A stretch of 55,981 nt of DNA from an uncultured Candidatus Saccharibacteria bacterium (GCA_947304075.1 CAMYZY010000001.1:1-55981); one strand, 5' to 3'; shown: positions 1 through 9,978, counted from the stretch's first letter. Program-made: numbers and translations. Notes: generated by a model not told the origin, from the sequence alone.

Positions 1-48
1 TTCAACAACACTACCTGTGAGCTTAATCACTTCCTTTTGACTAGCCAT
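1..48 (-). CDS. infA: Translation initiation factor IF-1, N-terminal 16 codons (runs off window)
   Basis: Manual translation MASQKEVIKLTGSVVE resembles the IF-1 N-terminus; position downstream of secY is canonical. Confidence 0.8.
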   Translation of the reverse strand, partial: MASQKEVIKLTGSVVE

Positions 49-95
49 AAATTACATAATTAGTTTAGCACAAAAAAATAATTTTGTAAAGAGAA

Positions 96-791
96 TTATT
101 CGATAATTACCGCACGCACAAATTGTCTCGAAAGATAAGTTTTGCGTTGCTCAGACCATTCGCCCGAACAAGTAATTAAAGTAACTGATTCTTTACCAGA
201 AATCGGCGATTTCGCTGCAGTAGACATGTATTTATCCGCTTCTGATAATAGTACTTCCTTATTATCATATACTTGATAAGAAAACTTCAAGCCATCTCCC
301 CTTTCAATAGTGATAATGTCACCAACAGACAACTTCGGTAAATCTTTAAACACACCATGAACGTGCGGACCGCCATTATGTCCATCGATAATCGCCGTTC
401 CACCCTGCCCAGGTTTACCAGATGCCTTATACCAACCCACATCAAATATATTTCTAGGTGTATCTAAAGCATTATCGGATGTAACACCCATTGGTAAAAT
501 TCTCGCATTGTAAACTCCTAGCTTACCAACCGACAAATATCTCGGCATATCTGCCGCTACAGTATATTCATGAACTTCTTCTTCAGTTGGCTCTTCTTCA
601 ATTAATTCTTCTTCAGGCTGAATTGCCCCAATATTCTCGGTAGAAGCTCTCTCGCTTCCTTCCTTTTCGTTGTAATAATAGTTTTCAAACGAAATAACCC
701 TAATTAGAAAAATCACGAACAAAATCGCTACAATGGCGAAAAAAAACCATTTTACTATTCTTTTCCAACTAAAATCAATCTTTAAGCTCAT
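96..791 (-). CDS. Sortase, class F-like
   Basis: N-terminal TM helix; VGWY..PG..G..IIDGH, GD.I, TLITC catalytic Cys and downstream Arg; start taken at MSLKIDF (791), alternative 803. Confidence 0.85.
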   Translation of the reverse strand: MSLKIDFSWKRIVKWFFFAIVAILFVIFLIRVISFENYYYNEKEGSERASTENIGAIQPEEELIEEEPTEEEVHEYTVAADMPRYLSVGKLGVYNARILPMGVTSDNALDTPRNIFDVGWYKASGKPGQGGTAIIDGHNGGPHVHGVFKDLPKLSVGDIITIERGDGLKFSYQVYDNKEVLLSEADKYMSTAAKSPISGKESVTLITCSGEWSEQRKTYLSRQFVRAVIIE

Positions 792-2208
792 CGCCGAAGT
801 CATCGTAAGTTATCATTAGAGCTCTAGAATCCAACGACCTTAGATTCTCTAACGCCACCGTCACTACGATCAGAAGCCCAGTACCAGAAATCGATAAACC
901 AATCGGAGCTCCAGTAATCACAATAAAGATATAATCAGTTATAAATGGGAGCATCGCAATAAAACCAAGCGCCAAAGCACCAAATAAATCTAAGCGATTT
1001 ACTACTTTAGACAAATACTTAGAAGTATTAATCCCTGGTCTCACTCCTTCAATAAAACCACCTTGTTTTTGTAAATTATCTGCAATTTCATTGGTATTGA
1101 AAATAATCGATGTGTAGAAATACGTAAACATAAATACCAATATGAAATACATCGCCGGATAAACAAACCATTGTCCAGTAATACCATTTGGATACATAGT
1201 AGAAAAGTTATTAGCCGAAGGTGCCGAAAATAGTGATACCAGATTTGAACCAAATTCATTTCCGGGATCAACTGTCATTATCACTTGTCCAATTAGAGCT
1301 GGCAACGACAAGAAAGCCGTAGCAAAAATCACCGGAATTACGCCAGCCGCAATTAGCTTAATTGGTAATATTGACTTTATGCCACCATAAGAAGAATTCC
1401 CATGCACGCGTTTTGCATAATTCACAGTAATTATTCTTTGCGCTTCGTTAAGTTTAACCAAGAAGTAAATTACTGCTAGCATCGCAATAGCAAAACCAAG
1501 TACAATCCAGAATACAGTAGGATTAACAGGTAGCTCAAACCAACCAAACAAACTCAAATTTCCCTGACTCGTGTCAAACAAAGCCGATCCAAGTGAAGCC
1601 ATAGTAGTCGGAAGTTGCGAAATAATGGAAGCAAAGATTATCGTAGAAATACCATTGCCAATCCCTTGCTCAGTAATCAATTCACCCATCCACATGAGAA
1701 GTACCGAACCAGTCGTCATAGCAGTAACAGACAAAGCCCAGTCACCAAAAGTTGGCGTAAACTCACTGGCAATATTAGCAGACAAAGTTGATTGATAAAG
1801 AATAAAGATATATGCAATAGATTGTACAATCGCAAGTGGAATAGTTAGAAGCCTTGTCCACTGATTAATCTTACGGCGACCTGACTCGCCGTCATTCGAC
1901 AATTCTTCAAGTGAAGGAATTGCCTTAGTAAGAAGCTGAATCACAATCGAACCAGTAATATATGGTGACATGCCGACCAGAATAATACTAAACGACGCCA
2001 ACCCACCACCAGAAATCAGATTTAAGAAATTCGAGAAGTCAGATTTTTGCATCAAATTAGAAACAGCTTCCTTAAACGTAGAAGCATCACCCATCGGTAC
2101 AGGAATCTGAGCAAGAAAACGATAAGCCACAATAATACCGAGTATAATTAAAACTCGTTTCAGCATATCTTTATTTTTTATCGATTTGAAAATAGTCTTA
2201 AAATGCAT
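775..2208 (-). CDS. secY: Preprotein translocase subunit SecY
   Basis: Multi-TM protein with SPYITGSIVIQLL, GIGNGIS, AGVIPVIFA and GGFIEGVRPG motifs; start MHFK at 2208 preceded by GAGG. Confidence 0.97.
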   Translation of the reverse strand: MHFKTIFKSIKNKDMLKRVLIILGIIVAYRFLAQIPVPMGDASTFKEAVSNLMQKSDFSNFLNLISGGGLASFSIILVGMSPYITGSIVIQLLTKAIPSLEELSNDGESGRRKINQWTRLLTIPLAIVQSIAYIFILYQSTLSANIASEFTPTFGDWALSVTAMTTGSVLLMWMGELITEQGIGNGISTIIFASIISQLPTTMASLGSALFDTSQGNLSLFGWFELPVNPTVFWIVLGFAIAMLAVIYFLVKLNEAQRIITVNYAKRVHGNSSYGGIKSILPIKLIAAGVIPVIFATAFLSLPALIGQVIMTVDPGNEFGSNLVSLFSAPSANNFSTMYPNGITGQWFVYPAMYFILVFMFTYFYTSIIFNTNEIADNLQKQGGFIEGVRPGINTSKYLSKVVNRLDLFGALALGFIAMLPFITDYIFIVITGAPIGLSISGTGLLIVVTVALENLRSLDSRALMITYDDFGDELKD

Positions 2209-2260
2209 AATAACCTCATGATAACTATATCTTATATTAGCACACTTTATCAGATTTTGA

Positions 2261-2360
2261 AAGATAAAAAACAACTAAAAGGCTTCTACTAGAGCATAAT
2301 GAAATTTAGAAAAATAAAAAACAGCTAAAAGGCTTCTACTAGAGCATAATGAGATTTAGA
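2261..2360. repeat. Tandem direct repeat, 2 x 50 bp (47/50 identical)
   Basis: 2261-2310 vs 2311-2360 differ at 3 positions. Confidence 0.95.
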
Positions 2361-2506
2361 TCAGATTTCTAAATTGTAAGTTTTGCAACTCAACAATGAA
2401 AAAATCTCCCAAAGCCCGAAGGGCGAATAAGGAGATTTTTTCTTGACTTGTGTTGCAAGTCTTACAATTTAGAAGTCCCCGCTCTAGTAGAAGCCTTTTA
2501 GTTGTT
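2270..2506. other. Long nested inverted repeat (rod-like hairpin): candidate structured RNA or MITE-like element
   Basis: Stems 2270-2295 (or 2320-2345)/2481-2506 (26 bp), 2367-2380/2461-2474, 2383-2389/2452-2458, 2398-2409/2431-2442 and apical GCCC-GAA-GGGC 2414-2424. Confidence 0.85.
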
Positions 2507-2513
2507 ATAAGTT

Positions 2514-5500
2514 TTAGAGATTCTCAAGATCAGCTTCTGTAGGCACTTTAGAATCTGGCACTTCAAAATCCGATAATGGTGCTACACCAGTTCCTACTGG
2601 AATCTTGCGACCGATTATTACGTTTTCCTTAAGACCACGCAGATGATCAACACGACCATTAATCGCAGCATTAATGAGAACTCTAGTCGTATCCTGGAAG
2701 GAAGCTGCCGACAAGAACGAATCAGAAAAGATAGAAACTTTCGTAATACCAAGTAGCAAATTCGTATAGGTAATCTGTTTCTTTCCTTCTTTTTCAAGCT
2801 CTTTATTTGCAATACTGACAGCAGTTCTAGAAGTAATATCACCAGATACAAACTCAGAATCACCCGGATCAATCACTTGTACTCTTGAGAACATCTGACG
2901 TACCAAGATTTCCAAGTGTTTTGGTGAAATCTCATGTCCCTGCGCAGCATACACGTTAAGAACATCGTTCATAATATAACGTTCAGTAGCTTCAACACCT
3001 TTATATTTCAAAAGATCTTGTAGGTTCAAAGAACCAGTTGTGATTCTATCACCAGCCTTCACTAAATCGTTTGATTTTACAACCAATTCAGCATCACCTG
3101 GGATTTCAATTCTGACTGGTGCACCAGCAGCAGAAACCAAAATAACTGCATCTTTTACTAACTCAACTACACCATCAGTAGGAGCCTTAATCGCAGCAAA
3201 GTCACCACTCTTTTTTACAAGAGTTGTACCACTCTTTACGCTTTCACCATCTTTAACCAAAGGCTTACGACCGTTTAATTCAAATCTTTCTACAGCACCA
3301 GACTGTGGAGCAATTTGAACAACATAGTGATTATTGTCTTCGGTAACTTCCACGATACCTTCAATTGGTGAAACATAGGCCTGACCTTTTGGCGTACGAG
3401 CTTCGAGAAGCTCTTCTACACGTGGAAGACCTCTTGCGATTGCACCAGAACCTGCAACACCTGAACCGTGTTTCGTATCAAGTGTTAGCTGAGTACCAGG
3501 CTCACCAAGCGACTGTGCAGCAATAACACCAACTGGCTCATTTGCCGCAACTAATTCCCTTGTAGACATATCCACACCATAAGCCTTGCGTGGAATACCA
3601 CTTATTGCGGTAGTAGATAGCACAGATTGAATCTTAACTGAATCAACTTTTTCGTCAGCTTCAATCTGTTCAGCCATTTCTTTGGTAATTAGCTCATCTG
3701 CTTCTAGGTATCCAGGCACCACGTCAGCCGTATAGCGACCAACGATTCTAGCGCTAAACTCAATTCCCGAAGCTTCAGTTTCATTTCGATAAACCGTAAA
3801 TCCAGGATCTTCAGCTTCTTCGTCGGTGGTAAACACATCTTGAGAAACATCTACCAAACGACGTGTCAAATAACCAGAGTCGGCTGTACGAAGAGCAGTA
3901 GACACCTGACCTTGACGAGCACCTCGAGTCGCAATAAAGGACTCAAGCGTGTTTAGACCTTTCTTGTAAGAAGACTTCACTGGGAGCTCAATTTCGTTGT
4001 TATTGATATCCACCATGATACCAATCTCTGCCGAAGCGAGCTTGATGTTCGAAATGTTACCACGAGCACCAGAGTTCACCATCACAGCAATATCAGTATC
4101 CATTTCGGCCAATTTGCTAGAAAGGAAATCTGAAATCTTTTTGTCGATATCACGCCAGTTGGCAATCGTCAGTTTATAGCGCTCTTCATCAGTCGTAAGA
4201 CCATCGTTATAATCTTGCTGAATCAAAGCGGTCTTTGCGTCACCTTCCGCGATGAAATCGTCAATCTCAGTATAGGTTGGATAATCATCTTTAGCAGTAG
4301 AGATTGAAGCAATCGTTTCATATTCAAACGCCAAATCCTTAAGATCGTCGGCAGTTTTCACCATCACTTCAGAACCATAAAGGTCAAAGATGTCGGCCAT
4401 CACCTTAGACAGATGCTTCTTGTTTTGGACAGAGTTATCGTATGGATAATCCTTTGGCAGAATCTCATTAAAGATCACTCTACCTAGAGTCGTATCACGA
4501 ATCTCTTTCTTTGCAAACACTCGAATTGGAGTTTGAAGTGCAATAATACCTTGATCGTAAGCCATTTCTGCTTCATAAACCGAAGAGAAAGCCTTCGGCT
4601 TACCAGTATCCGTACCAGGCTTATCGTAAGTTAGATAATAAGCACCGAGCACCACGTCCTGATAAATTGCAAGCACTGGTGAACCATCAGCTGGCTTCAA
4701 AAGATTCTTTGAAGCCGACATCAATTCCCTTGCTTCATCCTGCGCAGCACTTGAAAGTGGTAGATGGACAGCCATTTGGTCACCATCATAGTCAGCGTTA
4801 AACCCAGAAGCTACTAGTGGGTGAAGCTTAATTGCCTTACCTTCAATCAGTCTCGGCTGGAAAGCCTGTACTGATAAACGGTGAAGCGAAGGGGCGCGGT
4901 TCAAAAGAACATATTTACCCTTGATCACCTCATCCAGAGCATCCCAAACCACGGTTTCCTTAGTTTCAAGCAATCTCGAAGCAGCACGAATATTATTTGC
5001 ATATTCCTTACCAATTAACCATGAAATCACGAAAGGCTTAAAGAGCTCTAACGCCATTTGCTTTGGTAAACCACACTCATGTAATTTAAGCTCCGGACCA
5101 ACTACAATCACTGAACGACCAGAGTAGTCCACGCGCTTACCAAGCAGGTTCTGGCGGAAACGACCTTGCTTACCTTTTAGTAAGTCAGACAAAGACTTGA
5201 GCTTACGACGGCCATTGGTGGAATTTGCACCCCTAGAACCATGTGCCGCAGAATTATCAATCAAAGAGTCAACTGCTTCCTGCAACATTCTCATTTCATT
5301 ACGGCAAATTACTTCTGGAGCGTGCAACTCAAGTAGTTTTTTCAAACGATTGTTTCGGTTAATTACTCTGCGGTATAAATCGTTCAAATCTGAAGTCGCA
5401 AATCTACCACCAGGCAAAGCAATCATTGGACGAAGATCCGGTGGAATCACAGGCACAACGGTCAAAATCAAATCTTCTGGCTTGATACCAGCCGATTGCA

Positions 5501-6347
5501 TACCTTCAAGCGTTTTAAGACGTTTTTGAATTTTCTTCTCTTTCTGACCCTTTGCTTCTTCTTCCTCTTTTCGCAAATCTTCAATCATCTTATCCAAATC
5601 GATTTCGTCAAGCAACTTCTTGATTGCAGTCGCGCCCATTTCTACAGTAATCAAATCTTCGTATTCTTCCGGTAGATTACGGTATTGTACTTCTGTAATC
5701 ACGCCACCTTTTTTAAATGACTCAAGAGTCGACTTGCGATATAGATAATCCGTTTGAAGTTCATCAAGTTCCTTGCTTTGAGCTTCTGCGAGAGCCTTAA
5801 CGTCTGCATCTTTTGCCTTAGCTTCTTTTTCGTATCGAATTTTAATAGCGTCTCTCGCAGTACTAGTTTGGCTTTCCAAACTTTCAAGTAATTTTTCAAT
5901 TTTCTTAGTATCTGCATCAACAATCAAATAAGTAGCAAAATACACAACTTTCTCAATATTTTTCTGCGAACTATCCCTAAGTAGAGATAATGCAGCAGGA
6001 AACCCGCGCATAATCCAAAGGGGTGCAACCGGAGCTGCAAGCGCAATATGGCCCATACGTTCACGTCTAGTAATAGATTTAGTGACTAAATTTCCTTCCT
6101 TATCGACAGCAGCTTCGCGGGATCTTACACCCTTTAGTTTTGCATCGTGTGGGTTAATATCCTTGGTTGGACCAAAGATTCTTTCACAGAACAACCCGTC
6201 TCTTTCAGGTTTTTGAGTTCTGTAGTTGATTGTCTCAGGCTTGGTTACTTCACCGTAGCTCCAATTCAAAATGTCGTCACGGCTCGCCACCGATAAACGA
6301 ATCGAATCGAAGTCGGAAGCGCTGATAAAATTATCCATCCACGCCAT
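2514..6347 (-). CDS. rpoC: RNA polymerase beta' subunit
   Basis: GRFRQNLLGKRVDYSGRSVI, LLNRAPSLHR, NADYDGDQMAVH, SAASFQDT and GLKENVI motifs. Confidence 0.99.
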   Translation of the reverse strand: MAWMDNFISASDFDSIRLSVASRDDILNWSYGEVTKPETINYRTQKPERDGLFCERIFGPTKDINPHDAKLKGVRSREAAVDKEGNLVTKSITRRERMGHIALAAPVAPLWIMRGFPAALSLLRDSSQKNIEKVVYFATYLIVDADTKKIEKLLESLESQTSTARDAIKIRYEKEAKAKDADVKALAEAQSKELDELQTDYLYRKSTLESFKKGGVITEVQYRNLPEEYEDLITVEMGATAIKKLLDEIDLDKMIEDLRKEEEEAKGQKEKKIQKRLKTLEGMQSAGIKPEDLILTVVPVIPPDLRPMIALPGGRFATSDLNDLYRRVINRNNRLKKLLELHAPEVICRNEMRMLQEAVDSLIDNSAAHGSRGANSTNGRRKLKSLSDLLKGKQGRFRQNLLGKRVDYSGRSVIVVGPELKLHECGLPKQMALELFKPFVISWLIGKEYANNIRAASRLLETKETVVWDALDEVIKGKYVLLNRAPSLHRLSVQAFQPRLIEGKAIKLHPLVASGFNADYDGDQMAVHLPLSSAAQDEARELMSASKNLLKPADGSPVLAIYQDVVLGAYYLTYDKPGTDTGKPKAFSSVYEAEMAYDQGIIALQTPIRVFAKKEIRDTTLGRVIFNEILPKDYPYDNSVQNKKHLSKVMADIFDLYGSEVMVKTADDLKDLAFEYETIASISTAKDDYPTYTEIDDFIAEGDAKTALIQQDYNDGLTTDEERYKLTIANWRDIDKKISDFLSSKLAEMDTDIAVMVNSGARGNISNIKLASAEIGIMVDINNNEIELPVKSSYKKGLNTLESFIATRGARQGQVSTALRTADSGYLTRRLVDVSQDVFTTDEEAEDPGFTVYRNETEASGIEFSARIVGRYTADVVPGYLEADELITKEMAEQIEADEKVDSVKIQSVLSTTAISGIPRKAYGVDMSTRELVAANEPVGVIAAQSLGEPGTQLTLDTKHGSGVAGSGAIARGLPRVEELLEARTPKGQAYVSPIEGIVEVTEDNNHYVVQIAPQSGAVERFELNGRKPLVKDGESVKSGTTLVKKSGDFAAIKAPTDGVVELVKDAVILVSAAGAPVRIEIPGDAELVVKSNDLVKAGDRITTGSLNLQDLLKYKGVEATERYIMNDVLNVYAAQGHEISPKHLEILVRQMFSRVQVIDPGDSEFVSGDITSRTAVSIANKELEKEGKKQITYTNLLLGITKVSIFSDSFLSAASFQDTTRVLINAAINGRVDHLRGLKENVIIGRKIPVGTGVAPLSDFEVPDSKVPTEADLENL

Positions 6348-6348
6348 A

Positions 6349-9300
6349 TTAGAACTCCTCCTCTCCTAGATCAACGGTGCCATCGTCATCGTCAATCTCC
6401 GTTATTTCGATACCTTCCTCAGCCATCATCGCCTCGGCTTCTGATTCATCTAAATCGAGAATCTGCGGTTCGGTATCTTTTTTATGTTGATCATAAATAG
6501 ATTGATCATCTTTAGACTTTTCAATTTCCTTTGAAGTCTTTTCAATTACATCACCAGCATCAGCTGCTTCACCATGGTCTAGCAAGTCTACCTTTAAGCC
6601 TAGACCTTGAAGCTCCTTAACTAAGACATTGAAGCCTTCTGGTAACTTTGGACCTTCAATAGGTTCATTCTTAATGATTGCTTCGTATGCTTTAGCACGT
6701 CCATAAACATCATCTGATTTAATGGTGAGCATTTCCTGAAGAGTGGTAGCAGCACCATAAGCTTCCAGCGCCCAAACCTCCATTTCCCCAAATCTCTGAC
6801 CACCATTCTGTGCTTTACCACCTAACGGCTGTTGAGTTACCATAGTGTAAGGACCAGTTGAACGAGCGTGAATCTTATCTTCCACCATGTGGTGAAGCTT
6901 TAGCATGTGCATCACACCTACCGAAGTACGCTCATTGAATGGCTCACCAGTTAGACCGTCATATAACTGGACTCTACCATCGCGGGCAAAACCAGCTTTT
7001 TCGAGCTCATCCGAAATAACATCATCTGGCACCCCGTTAAATGAAGGTGTAGCGACCTTATAACCAAGCGCTCTAGCTGCCATACCAAGGTGAGTCTCAA
7101 ATAGCTGTCCTAGATTCATACGTGAAGGCACACCCATAGGTGATAATACAATATCAATTGGTGTACCATCAGCCATAAATGGCATATCTTCGACCGGTAA
7201 CACTCTAGATACCACACCCTTGTTACCATGTCGCCCAGCCAGCTTATCGCCTACGCCAATTTTACGCATTTCAGCTACAAATATCTTAATCTGCATAATG
7301 ACGCCAGCTTTAAGATCATGGCCTTGCTCTCTAGTGTATACACGCACATCCACTACTTTACCAGTAGAAGAACCGTTCATTCTAACTGAAGTATCGCGTA
7401 CATCCTTAGCCTTTTCACCAAAGATTGCACGGAGTAATCTCTCTTCTGAACTTAGTTCCTGCTCACCCTTAGGGGTAATTTTACCTACCAAGATATCACC
7501 ATTCTTTACTTCAGAACCAATCGTGACGATACCATCTTCACCAAGATGTCTTAATGAATGCTCTGAAACGTTTGGAATATCACGAGTAACTTGCTCAGGA
7601 CCAAGTTTAGTCTCACGTACTTCGACATCGAAATCTTTAATATTAATGGATGTCAAAGTGTCATCTTCGACCAAACGGTTCGAAATCACAATAGCGTCAT
7701 CCATGTTGTAACCACGCCAAGGCATAAATGCGACTAATAAATCGCGGCCTAGTGCGAGTTCACCGTCATTAATTGATGCACCTTCGATAAGAGCATCACC
7801 TTTTTTGACAGTTTGGCCACGAGAGACCACACATCTTTGATTGTAACAACGGTCATCGTTAGTCTTTTCAAAATGTTGCAATTTATATTCGACATCACCA
7901 CCCTTGTTATAAGTCACAATTACACTTTCACTGTCAGCTTTTTTAACTACACCGGCGCCTGTAGCCATGATTAGCTGTGAAGTGTTTTTAGCGACTTCAC
8001 GTTCAATACCAGTACCAACAATCGGATTGTCTTGGCGAAGTAATGGTACTGCTTGTTTCTGCATTGCGCAAGCCATCAAAGAACGGTCAACACGGTTTTT
8101 CTCCACGAATGGAATCAAGCTTGCTGACACACCGAGAATTTCCTTGTGAGCTGCATCAATATGAGTTACTCTTTTTGCTTCCACCTGAGCAGGTGTACCA
8201 TGTACTCTAGCGGAAACCCAGTCTTCAACGAATTTTTTATCTTTGTCTAGTTTAACTGAAGCATCGGCGATTACCATATCGTTTTCAGTATCCGCATCCA
8301 TGTAAACAACTTCATCAGTTACTTTACCATTTTTAACCACAAGATATGGAGCCTCAATAAAACCATATTTGTTAATTTTGGCGTAAGTTGCAAAGTTTAG
8401 CACCAAACCCACGTTACCGCCTTCTGGCGTTTCTACAGTACAAATACGACCATAATGAGTTGGGTGAGCATCACGCACATCAAAGCCTGCTCTTTCACGA
8501 GTCAAACCACCAGGACCCATTGAGCTTAAACGGCGCTTATGTGCAAGCTCAGAAAATGGGTTCACTTCGTCCATTAACTGTGAAAGCTGTGATGTCGCAA
8601 AGAATTCCTTCACAGCAGCAACTACTGGACGTGAATTTAATAGTTGAGAAGGCGTCACATCATCAAGATTTGCCATTGACATACGGTCAAAAATATTTCG
8701 TTGTAAACGGAGCATACCCAACCTAAACTGTCTCTGGACCAATTCACCGACCAACTTAACCCGACGGTTAGACAAAGAGTCGATATCGTCTGGCGCTTCT
8801 TGTGTATTATTCAAACGAATAATTTCAGCCACAATTGCCCTGACGTCTTTCATTTGCAAAGTTCTAAAATCTGGCTCATTCGGGGTGTCGAAATGCAATC
8901 TACGATTAATCTTAAAGCGACCAACACTAGAATAATCATAACGCTTCTTATCAAAGAAAGTTTTCTCAATCATCGAACGAGCGTTGTCAACTGTTGCCAA
9001 ATCACCTGGACGTAGTTTTCGATAAACTTCAAGCAAAGCCTCACCTTGATTTGAAGTGATATCTTTTTCAAATGTTGCATCGATGTATCTGCGTTCGCCC
9101 GTGTCAACATCAGAAAATGCATCAATGATTTCAGATTTTGACATTCCTAAAGCTCTAAGGAAAGTCGTTACCGGGATTTTACGGCGTCGATCGATTTTGA
9201 CGTAAATTGCACCATTTACAGCAGTTTCAAATTCGAGCCATGCACCACGGCCTGGAATCACCTTCGCGCCATAATAACGTCTCATGCCAATCGTCTCGGC

Positions 9301-9732
9301 ATTAAAGAAAACGCCAGCCGAACGAATGAGCTGTGACACGATTACGCGCTCAGTACCATTGATGATAAACGTTGCCCTTTCGGTCATCCAAGGATAATCA
9401 CCAAAGTAAATATCCTGTTCCTTCTTTTGCCCGGTCAACTTGTTTTCAAGTTCGACCAAAACATGAAGCGGAGCCTCGTAAGTCGCAAGATTGTATTTTG
9501 CTTCACGCTCCGTCTCTTTTGGTTCCTTAAAATAATATTCTTTAAAACGAAGTGAAAGTTTTTGCCCGGTATAATCGTCAATCGGGTTCAATTCTTCAAA
9601 AACTTCCCTCAGTCCGTTTTCCACAAAATCTGCCCACGATTCCTTTTGATGTGCAGTCAAATCAGGAATTGGCAGAGCTTGGTCTCCTTCGGTGAAAAAT
9701 ACTCTTTCACCAGACTTTGGTTTTTTTGCCAT
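6349..9732 (-). CDS. rpoB: RNA polymerase beta subunit
   Basis: ETPEG, GDKLAGRHGNKG and GGQRFGEMEVWALEAYGA motifs; start MAKK at 9732 after AGAGGT. Confidence 0.99.
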   Translation of the reverse strand: MAKKPKSGERVFFTEGDQALPIPDLTAHQKESWADFVENGLREVFEELNPIDDYTGQKLSLRFKEYYFKEPKETEREAKYNLATYEAPLHVLVELENKLTGQKKEQDIYFGDYPWMTERATFIINGTERVIVSQLIRSAGVFFNAETIGMRRYYGAKVIPGRGAWLEFETAVNGAIYVKIDRRRKIPVTTFLRALGMSKSEIIDAFSDVDTGERRYIDATFEKDITSNQGEALLEVYRKLRPGDLATVDNARSMIEKTFFDKKRYDYSSVGRFKINRRLHFDTPNEPDFRTLQMKDVRAIVAEIIRLNNTQEAPDDIDSLSNRRVKLVGELVQRQFRLGMLRLQRNIFDRMSMANLDDVTPSQLLNSRPVVAAVKEFFATSQLSQLMDEVNPFSELAHKRRLSSMGPGGLTRERAGFDVRDAHPTHYGRICTVETPEGGNVGLVLNFATYAKINKYGFIEAPYLVVKNGKVTDEVVYMDADTENDMVIADASVKLDKDKKFVEDWVSARVHGTPAQVEAKRVTHIDAAHKEILGVSASLIPFVEKNRVDRSLMACAMQKQAVPLLRQDNPIVGTGIEREVAKNTSQLIMATGAGVVKKADSESVIVTYNKGGDVEYKLQHFEKTNDDRCYNQRCVVSRGQTVKKGDALIEGASINDGELALGRDLLVAFMPWRGYNMDDAIVISNRLVEDDTLTSINIKDFDVEVRETKLGPEQVTRDIPNVSEHSLRHLGEDGIVTIGSEVKNGDILVGKITPKGEQELSSEERLLRAIFGEKAKDVRDTSVRMNGSSTGKVVDVRVYTREQGHDLKAGVIMQIKIFVAEMRKIGVGDKLAGRHGNKGVVSRVLPVEDMPFMADGTPIDIVLSPMGVPSRMNLGQLFETHLGMAARALGYKVATPSFNGVPDDVISDELEKAGFARDGRVQLYDGLTGEPFNERTSVGVMHMLKLHHMVEDKIHARSTGPYTMVTQQPLGGKAQNGGQRFGEMEVWALEAYGAATTLQEMLTIKSDDVYGRAKAYEAIIKNEPIEGPKLPEGFNVLVKELQGLGLKVDLLDHGEAADAGDVIEKTSKEIEKSKDDQSIYDQHKKDTEPQILDLDESEAEAMMAEEGIEITEIDDDDGTVDLGEEEF

Positions 9733-9939
9733 TTTACCTCTTATATTAGTGTTATTAGTATCTTTTTTGACAACCAAATAAACAAAACTAACTCCCATTT
9801 TGTTTTTTGATTATCTCAGCGCCGAAGATTACTGCTCTATTTCCCCCCAGGAAGTCGCCAGCCTCCATAAGTTACAAAAATAAAGCACACTACTTCTTGA
9901 AATCAATTTTATTATACTTTTTTAAAAAAATCAAGTAAA
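9733..9939 (-). promoter_or_regulatory. rpoBC promoter and ~170 nt structured 5' leader
   Basis: TTTACT(9934-9939)-N17-TATAAT(9911-9916); ~19-bp stem with G-U pairs at 9769-9815 that pairs best on the minus strand. Confidence 0.55.
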
Positions 9940-9945
9940 AAGTAC

Positions 9946-9973
9946 TTGCATTTTTTTAAAACCTATGTATAAT
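9946..9973 (+). promoter_or_regulatory. Sigma70-type promoter divergent from rpoB
   Basis: TTGCAT(9946-9951)-N16-TATAAT(9968-9973). Confidence 0.6.
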
Positions 9974-9978
9974 TAAAC

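Noticed and set aside
2261..2520. Mini-CRISPR array or repeat/anti-repeat (GTTTTAGAG at 2511)
   Set aside because: Only two direct copies with near-identical intervening sequence (a tandem duplication); GTTTTAGAG overlaps the rpoC stop; no cas genes in the window
8520..8620. Rifampicin-resistance substitutions in RpoB
   Set aside because: Key cluster I residues (Q, D, H, S equivalents) are retained; other differences look like lineage divergence
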